From positions 121,894,001-121,958,000 of the forward strand of contig NC_058368.1 in NCBI RefSeq assembly GCF_018350175.1: DNA of 64,000 nucleotides, written 5' to 3'. Source of the DNA: Felis catus. Lineage: Eukaryota. Positions 40,216 through 54,133 of this stretch are shown in pieces (the first letter of the stretch is position 1; each line of letters starts with the position of its first letter). The notes under the pieces were generated by a model that worked only from the letters and a program-made list of their open reading frames with translations, was not told the DNA's origin and searched no databases. The translations under genes were made by a program, and so were the position numbers.

Positions 40216-40365
40216 GTTCTTACATTCTAGCCAGATAGGGTCACCTGGAAAGACTTAGCTCTAAATCTTCAATAATCAAGATTTAGAGGGGTTGAAAAAT
40301 ATGTACATCAAAGCAAGACTTTGGGCTTGATGTAATCAGGGATGATTTAAAAAAAAAATCAGGAG

Positions 40366-40590
40366 GGGCACCTTGGTGGCTCAGTCAATTGAGGGACTCA
40401 CTCTTGATTTCCTCTCAGTTCATGATTCCAGGGTCATGGAATCGAACCCTACATCAAGTTCCCTGCTGAGCATGGAGCCTGCTTAAGATTCTCTCTCTCT
40501 ATCTCTCTTTCCCTCTGCTTCTCTCCCTCATTCATGCTTTCTCTCTCTAAAAAGAAAAAGAAAGAGAGAGAGAAAGAAATAAGAAAGGAA
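40366..40590 (+). mobile_element. Older Can-SINE
   Basis: ggggcaccttggtggctcagtc..ctgagcatggagcctgcttaagattctctctct. Confidence 0.8.
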
Positions 40591-42031
40591 AAACTTCTGC
40601 TATGTGATTCAATATTACGTAAAGCTACATCTTGTACCAACAGAAAAACATAGCCTAGACTTTGGGGAACACAGTGATATTTCACAGTGACCAGCATGGT
40701 ACTGGGGATATGTGATGTGACTAATATATATTGATGTCAAATATTTATAGGCAATGTACTTTGTGTCAGGCACAACACTGGGTCTTTGGAACAGGACAAC
40801 AAATAAGACAGTCTCTGTCTTTAGGTTGTTCAATATGCTATTTTATGTGCCTTTTCACACTTGGGAAGTGATAAATGCTTGTTTGACAAGCTCTTTGTAT
40901 ACGCAAAGAGAGAGCTGGTACCTTGGCTGGCCATTACTGTATCCTTCCTTCACACATCTGTAGCTACAGATTCCAAACCCAGGAAGGTGTGAGAGACTGT
41001 CTCTTATACTTGTTTTCTATAATCATGATAGTACCTAATGCTTCTAGGGGGCTGACTATACGCCACTCCCTCAGGCACATGACATGATTTATCTCCTTTA
41101 ATCCACACAACCGCAGAATGCAACAAGGGCAATATGGGAGGGATAACCTTACTTCGCAGATGAGGAAATGGAGGCACAGCTCTGACACCAGGCCCTATCC
41201 ATCCTAGCGAGCACAAAACTACCCACCTGACTATGACCCTACTATGGTTTTATGGCTATTGTGCCACCTGCCACTGCCATTTAAATCCCGTTTCCTTATC
41301 GTGGCATGATCAGAAAAGGAGCTTGTGACGCCAATGGTTGTCTCATTAACTTCTGGCTACTAAAGGGAAAAATGCAGAGAATCAAGGCAGGTGCAGATGA
41401 GGACAGTTGGACTGAGAATTAAGTTAAATGATAAGCAAAACAAAGGCAGAGAATAAAGAGAAGATGTCACAGGAGGTTAAGAGAAAACTAATGAGCTCTT
41501 TTTTAAACAGAAAAAGAGAATGGAAGAGGTAAAGAAGGAAGCCAGGCTGCTGGCGCTTGGCAGGGGGTCATTTATTGATCGACAAGTAAGAATGTGCCAA
41601 GAAGAAAGACACAGATGAGGAAAATCATTTGCTGCAGTTTTCACAATGGGAGATGTCCAAGGAGGCCAAAAATGTAAATTTCACAGGGGAAGAAGATTAT
41701 GAAGTAAGATTCTTCAAGTCCTCCAAAGGAAAGCCCTGCCCCCCCCCCCCCCTTTATTTAAAGCATCAGTTTTGTTGGCAAACAAGCATCAAACCATCAA
41801 ACGACATAGTTGGCCTTGATACTGACAGACACCTGAAGCTGTTTGGAGTATAGGAAACCGGGACGAAGTCTCATAATGACAGGGTCAAAGGAGACCTAGA
41901 TTTGTTCAGGGAGCAGACTTTCTGTGGACTCTCCCAGAGAAAGGAGGGGGATCTAAAATTGGAGGCAAAAGAATAGCTTCTCAACAAGGAGAGCGCTGGA
42001 GTGGGGGATGCCTCAAAAGACACAGAAAGGC

Positions 42032-42251
42032 AGGGCGCCTTGGTGGCTCAGTTGGTTAAGCTTCCTGAGTTCCAGCCCCGGCATCGGCATCAGGCTCTCT
42101 GCTGTCAGTGTGGAGCCTGCTTCAGATCCTATGTTCCCTTCTCTCTCTGCTCTTACCCAATTGTGCTCTCTCTCTCTCTCTCTCTCTCAAAAAAAAAAAA
42201 AAACAAAAAAAAAACAAAACAAAAAACAACCAAAAACAAAACACCTTACAA
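42032..42251 (+). mobile_element. Can-SINE with an internal deletion in the tRNA head
   Basis: TSD aaaagacacag(a/g)aaggc at 42015-42031 and 42252-42268; lacks the usual gacttcggctcaggtcatgatctc segment. Confidence 0.85.
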
Positions 42252-43835
42252 AAAAGACACAGGAAGGCTAAGCAGAATTTGTCCAAATGTTACAGATGAA
42301 AGTTATGTGATCTATCTTGACAGGGGAAAATACTTGAAGAAACGGAGGTGCATAAGGACTATTAGGAAAGTGGAACCACAGTGAAGTTCAGCATGTAAAC
42401 AAATAAAGGTGGCAGACAGACCTCTCTTCCTTTACAAGGAGAACTTGCTGCTGTCTGTCCAGGTTGGAGTGTTCACTTAAGGCTCTCTTGTTAATTTCCA
42501 AGTCTTTGAAGGGGTCTGACTCAAGACTCTCCCCAACTATTTATTTTTCCTTCACGAGAACTGTCTGGTTTAAACTGACATTCTTTTCTAGATATATTTA
42601 TAGGTATATATGTTTTTTTTGTCTTTAATTATAGAAAAGGAGATAACCCAGCTCTTGAGTTATGATACCAAATATAGGGAAGCATTTTCATTTTTCAAGG
42701 TTGCAGATTTAGGCAAGCTAAGTTTACAGACTGTTTGGAATTTCAATCTCTCAACATATAAGGCACTTGCAAATGCTTCTGCTCATATATATTTTTTCCC
42801 CTCCCTAGAAGGGACCAATGCCAATAAAGCTCATCTCTTCCTGAGTTATAGCTTTTTCCCTTCTGATAATCAGTAAGAATTATGCAAAGGCATAGCCGTT
42901 GTTAGCAAACAGAAAGAGAGAGCAATCTAATTCCACCTGATCATTTGGCCTGGCACATTGTTTTTCCAGAACATATCTTACCACAGATGCTGGCAGTGTG
43001 GTTTCTATAGAAAAGCAGTCCAATTAAGGGGAAAATTTCTGCTAGGTCAATTTTAATGTCTAATGTTGAATTTGAATTTGTGAATGTGAAATAGATTAAT
43101 AATGAGCTTGTGCTGGAAGAAAAAAATAGAATTCTCTTCTCGGTGGTGAAGACAAAGGAGAAAATAGCAAAAGAACTTTTTTTGGCTGTTTTTTAAGGAA
43201 ATGTGACACGCATGGAAGGTTTTTCTTCATTGCTAATAGAAAATAAAGAGAGAAGGTCTAACATCTGACAGTGGATCCTTTGACCTAGGGAGACAATTCT
43301 GCACTTTTGGTGACTGATGGTTGGAGGGTGAGGCAGAGAATCTAAAAGAAGATTTGCCACCAGAGTCCTGAGCCAACTTTTAGCAACCTTGCGGGGAACT
43401 ATTATTGTGCTATTATCCCAGAGGCCACTCACAGCAGATGGCTGCAGCTTCTTGTCTACAAAGAAGTGCTTACTGCTAAGCACATCACTTTTCTCAGCCC
43501 CGTGACAACTTAAAAGTTCACTGGTCTTTCAGAAAAGGGTGTTACAGCACGGGAACACACTTCGACTTTATCCACAGAGACTCAAATTAATGAGTTATTC
43601 TCCATTATCTCCTTATCTTCACTTACAGGTTTTTATTTTTTTTCCTTCTCAGAGTCTGTCATGTATGTATATATTTATGAATCTTTAATGGGTATATCCT
43701 TTAGGCCAGTGATAGGAACATTCACTGATGAGCCTTAAGTATTGAGGTTGATGTGGTTAGGCAGATGAACTCTGGTCATTTGATCAAGTTAGAAGTCTCT
43801 CCCTTCCTACCTGTCCTCAGAACTGTATGCTTACA

Positions 43836-44046
43836 GGGGCATCTGGGTGGCTCAGTTGGTTGAGCGTCTGACTTTGGCTCAGGTCAAGATCTTGCGGTTC
43901 GTGGGTTTGAGCCCCGTGTTGGGCTCTGTGCTGACAACTCAGAGCCTGCAGCCTGCTTAGGATTCTGTGTCTCCCTCTCTCTCTGCCTCTCCCCCGCTCA
44001 TGCTCTGTCTCTCTCTCTCAAAAATAAATAAATATTAAAAAAAAAA
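43836..44046 (+). mobile_element. Felid Can-SINE
   Basis: TSD ctgtatgctt at 43823-43832 and 44048-44057. Confidence 0.9.
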
Positions 44047-47000
44047 CCTGTATGCTTCCATCAAAAAGCAACAACTGGGGTCTACCCATTATCTCTCTGT
44101 TGTGAGGATTCCTCATTTTCAAACTGGAGCCAGCTACCTATTATCAAATGGTTAAGGCTAAAAGCCAGATCCTATGCCAGTATTGTTTTCTGATAAGAAG
44201 TACTATGATGTAGGTATGTTATCGATGATAAAATCAATACTTCCAGAGCTTAATAAAAGGCCCAAAGACTTACAATGACAGAGCTGGGATTTGAATCCAG
44301 AGCCACTACTCTAAAGACTGCTATACTAGACTTTTATACCGCTATATGAGACTCTCTCCCAGAACAGTTCCAACCGTGGGCCTCCCTCCCTTACCAGAGG
44401 GTAAGTAGAAATAAGTCAGCCTCACATTTCTTCTGGCAATAAGAACATTTTGCTCACACATTCTGAACAAACAAGCAATTATTCTGTTTTATTTTAAAGT
44501 ATCCATGTGACTTGTTCCTTCAGCTCCCACATCCCTCTGTGTACTGTCTTGACTCATATTTTGGGTTTGTCCACAGAAAATAAACTGCATTTCGAAGTCC
44601 TGGGGAATTTAAACTGGCAGCCAACACATTTTGGGCTGTGTTGTGATTCTGAAGATCTGCTTCTTTTTAAAATACATGAAGATGGAAAAAAAAGAACAGT
44701 CCCACTGGCAAGAGGAATATGTGAGCTGGACAAACACACAGTAGCCCTTCTAATGCAGGTGCCACTGACCAAAGTCCCTTGCAAAAGCCCTGGGGACTGG
44801 GTCTATCCTGGAATGAATGAGTTTCCACCCCAGTTTTGTATACCCAGAAGAAGCAGAAGGCAGCATTTCTGTAGATGTGCTGTACAAGTTAGTAGTTTGG
44901 GTTTACTCAGGGCTTTGGGTTACTCAGGGCTTCTCCAAATGGAGTGTTCCAGGCCCTCACATTTTGCTAGCTACTTGGTAGTTCAGGGAACATAAAAGGA
45001 AATGAATATTTGGGTAATGTCCAATCAATTTAAGCTTTTACATTTTTATTGAGGGTCTTCAGACTTGCTGTCTTTCATTCAATCATTTTTTTCAGTTTTA
45101 TGTTGTTTTCTGTCCCTAGATATACTTTGATATCCTGGACTATGGGGGCAGCAGGGTAGCCATAGTTGATCCTTGACTATCTTGGAGATTTTTGGCCAGT
45201 GAATGCGAGAAGGAAAATGATGACAATAACCATGATTACTATGGCGATTAGAGAAATCGAGGGAAATCGAGGGCCACACATGGGAAATCGAGGGAAACTG
45301 AGGACCACACAAAGAACAAGCACAATACCAAACATGCTCTCCTTTGGAGTCTGGGAAAGCTGTGGAGGCTGATCTTGTTAGATGAGTGATAAGAACCCTC
45401 GGTAAATGCCAGAGAATCAAATTGCCCCTTCCTGGAGCCGGTGGGCATTTGTCTCTGTCATTCCTCTGGGCACAGGGCTCCATTCTCTCTGCATGGATAG
45501 CAGAGCAAATCCTGCTTTGGAGGCAGACGAGAGCTTTTTAAATGGTTCTGCACTGCTAACCAACCTCGGTCACTTTTTTCTCTCTGGCCCAACTCTTGCA
45601 TGGAAAATTGAGGTAATGATTTATATGTCGTAAGCAGTTCTGACAGGTGCACTCTGTCTTGGCTTCCTCCAGCCTCAGGACTAATCGGAAGCTTATCTTT
45701 TCCTTTGTGTAATAGGGAGCTGTCAGGTTCTATGACCCTCCAAACAATTCAATCACTCACAAGAGGATTCACCTTGGAGGGAGGACGCCTTCATATTGGA
45801 GAAGGTCCGTGGAGGCCATGCCCTGACATGTATCAAAACAGTGGCAGTCAAAGGGCTGGAGGGCAACATGGCCACACTGACAAGATGCCATTTGCTTCTT
45901 CAACTTAAACGCTTCCTATCTTCCAGGAACTTCCTGGTTTGTGCCGACAGCTTTTCTACCATGATGTACACCCTGTCTTGGGTGCAGAACCTTTAGCTAT
46001 GTGAGCAAAGAAGGGCTGTTTCCAAAAATGACCACTGCAGAGAAGAAAGGGCTTGCACCACTCTTGGGAGGAAAGAGCAACTTCCTTAGTAAGGTCTATG
46101 ATGCCCAATGGTCTGGCCATGACCTGCCTGCCTTGTCACCTGCACCTCGCTGGTACCACCTATCTCCCTGTGCTCAGACTTTCAGGCACTCTGGCCTTCA
46201 TTCTATCTCCTGGTCTCCTGTGCAACTTCCCACCTCATGGCCTTATTCTCTGCTCTCTCCAAATGGATCAAATTCTCTGGTCTGTTCTCCTGTGTACCAT
46301 CCACCTCTCTTCTGCAGCCCCCACCTGGTGTCAGTTTCACATTAAGGGGCATTTGATTCACACCCTTTCCAACCAAAAGAGACAGTAAGATCCTTGAGGG
46401 CAGGAACTGGGCATTCATGTTCACTGCTTCAAGTCCAGGGCCCAACGTAGTGCCTGGCTTCCAGCAGGGACTCAAGAAGTACTTGAAGAATTATGGAGAA
46501 AATGAATAAGAGACCTGGGTGGGGCATCTGTTCTTAGTTGATTTGACCATTACCTAGGGCAAAGGCATATTTAATCAGGACTGATGTGACAGTCAACTGT
46601 GAGTTCATGTGCAGAGATGACTTTACTGTGGGAAAGAACAGTGGTGACCAAATATGGCTTTGTCACTTCTGACTCAATATCTAACCTTATTAGTCCTACA
46701 CTCGTTGATAATCTTATGTTCCTCTGCCACTCCCCGCCCCCTCCCTGCCCACCTCACCCAGAATGCTTTTCTCAGATGCTCTTTGAATTTGGAGAGCAAA
46801 TGATTTTATTTTTTTTTTAAGTGAAGCTTTCAGATGTTTCTAAACATCTGCTTTTTGGTACCAAAATGGGATAATTTAAATTTGCACCCCTTGTGTCTAG
46901 ATGTTTCGACATTAAACAGACAATGCCCTTATTTAATTCAAAGTTGCAGAACCCTAAACCCCTGAAATAATGAGAGGAAGTGGAATCACAGAGCAGATAA

Positions 47001-50000
47001 AAAATGCTGAGAAGGAGCTCAGGCAGAGTTGAAATATACCACAGGACTGACTGTAATACCAAGCATAGACACAGGAAGTGGGTGCCATTATGCTTTGACA
47101 TAAAATTGCATAACCACCTAGTTTCTCACTGATCATCATCCCCGTGAGGGCACACACGTCTATCTATGACTACAGATGTGGAACCTTCTTTTCATAAATG
47201 CAGATTTGACAGATGTTAAGCTACACAGAAGGAAACGTGTGAACAGCGATGGTTTCTAGACTGGTTAATGCAGCATTTCTGCCTCAAGAGGTCTTTATGA
47301 CAATGGGATAAAACCTCCATTGTCAGACAGTTGAAAATCATTGCTTTTGGGAAGCCAGATACTATGGTGGTTAAGAGTGAGGGAGTCTAGTGTCAGAGGA
47401 CCAGGGTGCACTCTGGTTCTGCCACTTGCTAGTGAGCAAATGTGCACAAATTGCTTTCTCTACATGGAGCAGTTTCCTCATCTGAAACGGCAACAACAGT
47501 TTTAAGCTCATGGGGTTAAGGTGAAAATTCGAGGGGAAGCATGCAAAGTGCCTGGTGCTGTATCAGGCACTAGTAAGTGCTCAGTTAATGTTAAGGAACT
47601 TGAAAGTCAAGAGGGAGCCTCTATTAAGAATCGTTCCTCATCACATTCTATGGCTGGAAGGCAGTAAGAACTTAATGAAAATGCTGCCAGGTGAACCTCT
47701 CCTTGGCTCAACCCAATTCTTTCAGAGGGCATTTCCCAAAGTGGGGTCCAGAAATGGCTATTTGAAATAACAGATCCACAAGCTGTTTGTTGTTACGTCT
47801 GTGATAACATAAGAAGCTAAAGACAGAATCGAATCAATGCATGGCTTCATTCACTGACAAGGTGTGGCTATAGAAAACTAAAGTGTCCGCTGAACTAGGA
47901 AGCGGCTTGGTGATGTGATGATTCATATTCTGGTGCCTTATCTATAGACTGCCACTGGGCCAAAGACCACATTTTGAGGAGAATGTCATAAAGAAAGGGA
48001 TCCCATGAACTGAGCAAAGGGCTTTTCATGGTCAATGAAGCTGGGTGGAAAATACCTCATGTATCTTGCTTAGAGTTTGACAGCATGTATCCGTATATTA
48101 AAGGTCTTGAGAAATCCTGAAATACGTCTGTTTAAATGTGTTTAAGTGAGAGTTTCCCCATATATTCTTGAGCAAGAAACATTTGTGAGAATGAATGTGT
48201 ATAGGTTTTTATCACTACCTTTAACATTTTTTTTGGTAAAGAACATGAGCCCAACTCATCATCTGATCACAACAAATTAAGTAAGTAAATACAAATTAAC
48301 ACCTTTCAGGTAGAAAATTCCTTTCTTGTGGCTCAATTATTTTATGGAAACCAAAGAATTAAATACATATTTTTTTTCTGTTTATAACCATCTCTTTTAA
48401 CATGCAAGTACCCTTAGGTTTTCCTCCAACCAGTTCCTTATGTACCCAACCCCCAAAGTATCTTTCTGTACATTAACCTCTAGGGAAATATTTAAAATCT
48501 TTTTCTCAGGTAAGGACAGCAATGCAAAATGCTTACCTTTATGTACCAGGTAAAGCCAGGCTTACAACATACTAGGATCAAAGGGACTATATCTTCTATT
48601 GAACTTGATTCCAAACCCATTTGTGTTAATTATTTTCTACAAAAATCTTATGCATCATGAGCAGATGCCCTAGAATTTTTGTGAATTCAAATTAGTTCTT
48701 TGCATAAGCTGGTAGCAAAAGGGATCTAGGCATATATTTCTGATCTCTGGTTAAGTAAGTCTAACCAAAAAACAAGTACAAATCAGTTCTAGGCTTTGCT
48801 GACATTCTAAGGTTTCTTGAGCAATGCCCTGCTTGGCATTGTGCCACAAGCACTGCACGCCCACACACGCCCACATGTCACTTTAGGGACTGGCACTCAC
48901 ACCTCTCCCTCTAGCAACAGTGAGCCAGGACCTGGTCCAGGGACAATGTCTTTCCCATCACACTGAAAATTCAGAGAACTCCACCTGAATAATTCAGAAA
49001 ATGGAGGTACTTTTCTCTTGGAATCATCCAGTTGTGCTGGGATTTTCCATTTACTGTAAAAACATACAGAGAGCCCTTTAAAGGAAAAGACCAGGAAAAT
49101 ATTACTGATAACTTCTCTTTTGAAAAAACCCTGGATCAGTGTGAATTAGGTTTGACACAGTGGAGAGATCCTTGCTTGCAGAGCTTAAAAAAGTCCAGCA
49201 GCCTGCCTCGCCTGGCTAGCCTTTCCACATCTCTGAAATTCAAATGAGCTAATGACCAGAGTCAGGAAGAGAATGGCTCAGAGTCTAGAATACTGTCCTG
49301 CCTCATGACCAGGCAATCTCAAGATAAACTCTATCAGAGGCCATCGAACACTGCGATTTTCTTCACTAATGTGATTCTTTTCTTTTTCTCATGCTAGTGG
49401 ACTTCTCAGCTTCCTATTGCCATTAAGTATACATATGGGGAGTGGCATTTACTAGTTCCTACCACATTCCAGAAGCCATGGTAGCCTTCCAAAGGGGGTG
49501 GGAGCGAGAGACAAAGAGAACTGGATCTTAAATCAGGTATAGGAGTCTGCTTATATTTGCATTTATGTTGGATCTGATTATGACACTGTAAATGCAGCAG
49601 AACAAAGGTAGCTTTCAGATGAAAGAAGATATTTATTGTCAGTGAATACACTCTGAATCTGAGGCAGCTTTGGAGAGTCAGTACAAACACACGTTCAGAA
49701 TAAAGCACAATGGATTACTGGTCTCAGCCGTAACATTGCTTTGAACATTTACAATTATATTCATGAGACTTTCCTGAAACTCTTGGTGTCCAGGTGACAG
49801 ACAAGAAGGGAGGGGAGAGGAGAAAGGTAATAATGCTGACCATGTACTGTTCACAAGGCATCAAGCTACACACTGTCAGCCTGTTACTCTATTTTATTAG
49901 CATGACCTTTATAGGAAGAATGTATAGTGACTTCCATTTTACAGATGATGGCTGACAGGTGGTCAGAGCCCTAGCCCTTTCCTGCAGACACTGCAGTATA

Positions 50001-50329
50001 GTGTTAAAATCAGACTCTGGAGTCAGTGTGAATCTGGTTAAAAATGCGACTCTGCCTCTTAGCAGCTATAGCCTGTGGGCCAGTCACTTCAGCTCTCTGA
50101 ATTAAATCTCCTTATCTGTAAAATGGGAATAACAGCACCACCCACCCCACAGGGCTGCTGTCAGGCTGTAATGAGATGGTGTTTATAATGTGCCCAGTGG
50201 AAAGTCTGGCACACAGTATGTGTTAAATTAATGTCTCAATAGTGTTAAGTTTTAGAGTACCCTGGCCATCAGATAGGCTGCCCCCTGATTCCACAAGGAG
50301 TAGGATGGGAAAATAACGTGAGTTTTACA

Positions 50330-50534
50330 ATTATTATTTTTTTTAGTTTATTTTGAGAGAGAGACAGAGAGAGCGAGTAGGGGAGGGGCAGACAGACAGG
50401 GAGAGAGAGAATCCCAAGCAGGCTCTGCACTGTCAATGTAGCGCCCACCACAGGGCTTGAATTCACCAATAGCAAGATCATGACCTGAGGTGAAATCAAG
50501 AGTTGGACTCTCAACTGAGTCACCCAGGTGCCCC
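50330..50534 (-). mobile_element. Can-SINE
   Basis: SINE body; TSD core tgagtttta at about 50319 and 50542. Confidence 0.85.
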
Positions 50535-50654
50535 AAGAACTTGAGTTTTAAAGGGCAGAACCACTCACACACAACCTCACTGACGTGCAGAAGCTTACTC
50601 CAAATCAAATCACAAACCACTTTATGGAAACTTAGTGTAGTGCCAACCTTGTTG

Positions 50655-50885
50655 TTTTTTTTTTTTTTTAAATTTTTTTTTTCAACGTTTATTTATTTTT
50701 GGGAGAGAGAGAGACAGAGCATGAACGGGGGAGGGGCAGAGAGAGAGGGAGACACAGAATCGGAAACAGGCTCCAGGCTCTGAGCCATCAGCCCAGAGCC
50801 TGACGCGGGGCTCGAACTCACAGACCGCGAGATCGTGACCTGGCTGAAGTCGGACGCTTAACCGACTGCACCACCCAGGCGCCCC
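50655..50885 (-). mobile_element. Young felid Can-SINE
   Basis: CpG-rich; TSD accttgtt at 50646-50653 and 50887-50894. Confidence 0.92.
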
Positions 50886-52721
50886 TACCTTGTTTTGATA
50901 GTAAAGATTACCCTCAGATTATCCTGTATAGAACCTTCAGGTGAGGAAGAGAAGAAGACAAAGAAGACAAAGAAAATGAAACCAGAGAACCTTGACCTTG
51001 GAGCGGACCTTTGAGGTCATCATGCCAATGGCCCTCGAACCCAGGTGGTCTTTGGGACTGCCCGGGATACAGCTGAGAGGGGAGAAGATCCCCTGGCTTT
51101 GCTCCTGCATGTTCAGAGTCAGTGATCTGGGGACAACTGAAGACGTTCCCAGAGTCTGATGATCATCCCTGTTTGGTAAACCGTGACCTAGTTCCATGTA
51201 TCTTTCCTGCTCCACCTTCTCCCAAAGCAAAATGGAAAACTCACCTGTGCCCAAGGCACCAGCAGCTTCTACAGATTCCTTGACAGGTTGTTCTCTAGAG
51301 TTACTGCTTACTCAGAGTTTGCTTTACAATGAAGAGTCAGATGAGTATACCAGATATTCTACTTTAATGCAAGCGGAAGGATAGTAAAAACATGAATTCA
51401 AGTCCAAACACTACCACCTACCAACTGTGTGGCCTCAGGCACATTGCTTAACCTCTCTGACTTCAGGTCCCACATCTCTAAGATGAGGTTTGTTTCAGTA
51501 GCTACATGATAGGTGTAGCTCGAAGATTAAGTCAGCCAATACAGGTAAAGTGTCCCTGGAACACAGCAAATGCTCAATCAGTGTTTGCTGCCCTTATTCC
51601 CATTCCAATGGAATTGGTTCCTTCGCCTAACACTGCACACAACTAACACTGTCTCACCAAACATTAGCCAAAGAACAGGAGAGGGACATCCACAACCCTC
51701 ACCCCCAAGAGGCGAAACGTGTCAAAACACAGAGGCTTGTCAGGAGGGTAGTGCCTGAGGCTCCTGTGGAGTGCTTTCTGATCCCATAACTGAAACCCCA
51801 TGACACACACAGATACAATCAGATAATGATGGCAATCAATAATGATAACAGAAATTATTATTTATTTTCATAAACACAGACTATGTGCGTCCCGCTGAGT
51901 TACACACATCACATGCCAGCATTCGCTTTCAGGGCAGTCAATCAATGGGAAATCTCAATATCCACCCGCGGAGGCAGGAGGGGGAGGGATGGAGGCAAGG
52001 CTGAGAAATGACCCCCACCAGAGTGACACATTCACACAGTTAATCTGATCCAGGGGGCCATCCGGGGGCCATTGCAGGCCTGTGAATATGGAACAGGCTT
52101 GATTGATTTTCACTGCAGTAGCTAAACTCTTCATTGTTATTTGCAACAAATATAAGGAAAGGGGAGATGAAACTGTAAAAGGATTGGATATTAAGTCCCC
52201 AGAGCAGCAATAAATCACAAAATGAAGTCTCGAAAAATTAAAAATGGGCAGGGGGAGGCTGTATCTGTGTCCTAAGAGGCCTTGGCTATCAAAGCATAAA
52301 ACCAAAATTAAAACCTGGGCAGTGATGGCCGATCGCGACTCATCCTGTAACTTGCCTTAAAAGTGGCCTGGGCTCACCCGTCCTCCTGGAGTGAGCATCA
52401 CCATGTGGGCATCACAGAAGCAGCAAGAAAACCTGGGGTTGTGTCTGCACAAAGCACAAAGTGTCTGCTTCTCGAGCCTCAGTTTCCCCCTTTGATAATG
52501 GGGAGAATTACATCCATACCACTAGAAAGAGGAATGTATCTATTCATGTCCTTCTTGCCATCCAGGATCCTGGGGAGCATCAAATGAGATCCCCAGCTTG
52601 AAAGAACATCTATCCTTCAAGATGCATCCTGGAAACTCCATCCCAATCCTGCACCTCTTCCCTTCTGTTCTTTCCCCAACATGGCATATTTCTGTGCTCT
52701 TCTTAGGACATTTATCCTACC

Positions 52722-52918
52722 CAGTGTTTCTCAAAGGGTGGCCCAGGCATCTCATGCATCAGAACCACCTGGGGGTTTTCCAGGAGGGGTCTCATCAAAG
52801 ACATCAGTTGGTACCATTCAGACTTCCTAAACCAGAATCCCTAGTGATAAAGCTAAGGACTGTGTGCTACAGAGCATACCAGGTGCCCTTGAAGCACTCT
52901 GCAGTTTAATAACTACTG
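52722..52918 (+). mobile_element. MER5A-like relic
   Basis: cagtgtttctcaaag..gcatcagaaccacctggg..agtttaataactactg. Confidence 0.6.
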
Positions 52919-53923
52919 CTTCAATTAATTTCATGTTGCACCCACTTGCATTGGTCCCCTCCTTTCTCTCGAGGGAAGGGAGTGTGTTTTGCTCATCTTT
53001 GTGAGATCTACTTGGTAGTACGTACTTAGCACGCTGCTTGACACACAGTGGGCACTCAGTAAATAGGATACAAATGCATTAAAAGTTCTACGTGTCAGAT
53101 GTTATCACCCTTATTGTTGTCGGGATAATGGACCACATAATAAATAGTCCTGTGTAATGGTAACTGGTAAGACCTCTGGGGTCATATAGACCTGCACTCC
53201 ATACTTGGCTTTGCCACTAATTATCTGTGGAGCCTTAAGCCAGTACTTACCTCCTTGAGCCTCTGTTTACACATCTGTAAAATGGGCATGATGCCTAAGG
53301 CATAGGATTGTGATGAAGAAAGAATTGTAAAACATATATCACACAGCTCAGCCCGGAGCCTGTCACTAGGGGAGGCTGAACAAATGTAGTGGCTATCAGT
53401 ACACTTAAACCACTGGTCTATTTAATCAGTTCTTTAGAAAACAGATCAGGTAGTGAAACTAGTTGTTTTACAGAAAGAATCATTTCTGGGAAAACAGCTA
53501 TTCTGTGTAGTCAGCCTTACTAACCCCATGACCTGTTAGCCACAATCCCTGAGAAGACCCTTTCAGAATTCAGAGCTAGCAAACGCTCTTGCTGACTGGC
53601 CATGGTTTTAGACTGTGGGTAGGGGGATATGCAAATAGCCACTGATGAGATTTGCAAACATCAGGATCATTCTATGTGGAAAAACATTAGCCTAGGAAGT
53701 CACAGGTGTGTGTCCTGAGGCTGAGAGGAAGACAGAAGTAGTCACCAGCAAAAGGTACGTGCATAAAACAGGATGTCATTTAATCTTTCTGTCTTTAATC
53801 TTTCTAAAAAATAGTGCACCATTGTGTGCCCACTCTGTGGCAGAAAAGCCTTTGTGACCCTCACCCATGTTCCTTCCTCCCTACCAAAGTCAAGCTCATA
53901 CATTAAGAAAGCTTTGCCCCTTT

Positions 53924-54133
53924 GGGGTGCCTGGGTGGCTCAGTTGGTTAAGCGTCCGACTTCAGCTCAGGTCACGATCTCGCGGTCCGTGAGTTCGAGC
54001 CCTGCGTTGGGCTCTGGGCTGATGGCTCAGAGCCTGGAGCCTGCTTCTGATTCTATGTCTCCCTCTCTCTCTGCCCCTCCCCCGTTCATGGTCTGTCTCT
54101 GTCTCAAAAATAAATAAACGTTAAAAAAAAAAA
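53924..54133 (+). mobile_element. Felid Can-SINE
   Basis: TSD aagaaagctttgccc at 53905-53919 and 54134-54148. Confidence 0.92.

Noticed and set aside
44507..44995. Longest ORF in the track (162 aa)
   Set aside because: Non-ATG start, no recognisable domain, antisense in an intron; this length is expected by chance in 64 kb.
51240..51252. Strong donor-like CAG|GTGAGT on the gene strand
   Set aside because: No convincing upstream acceptor or coding frame; the B55-beta sequence is already contiguous without an extra exon.
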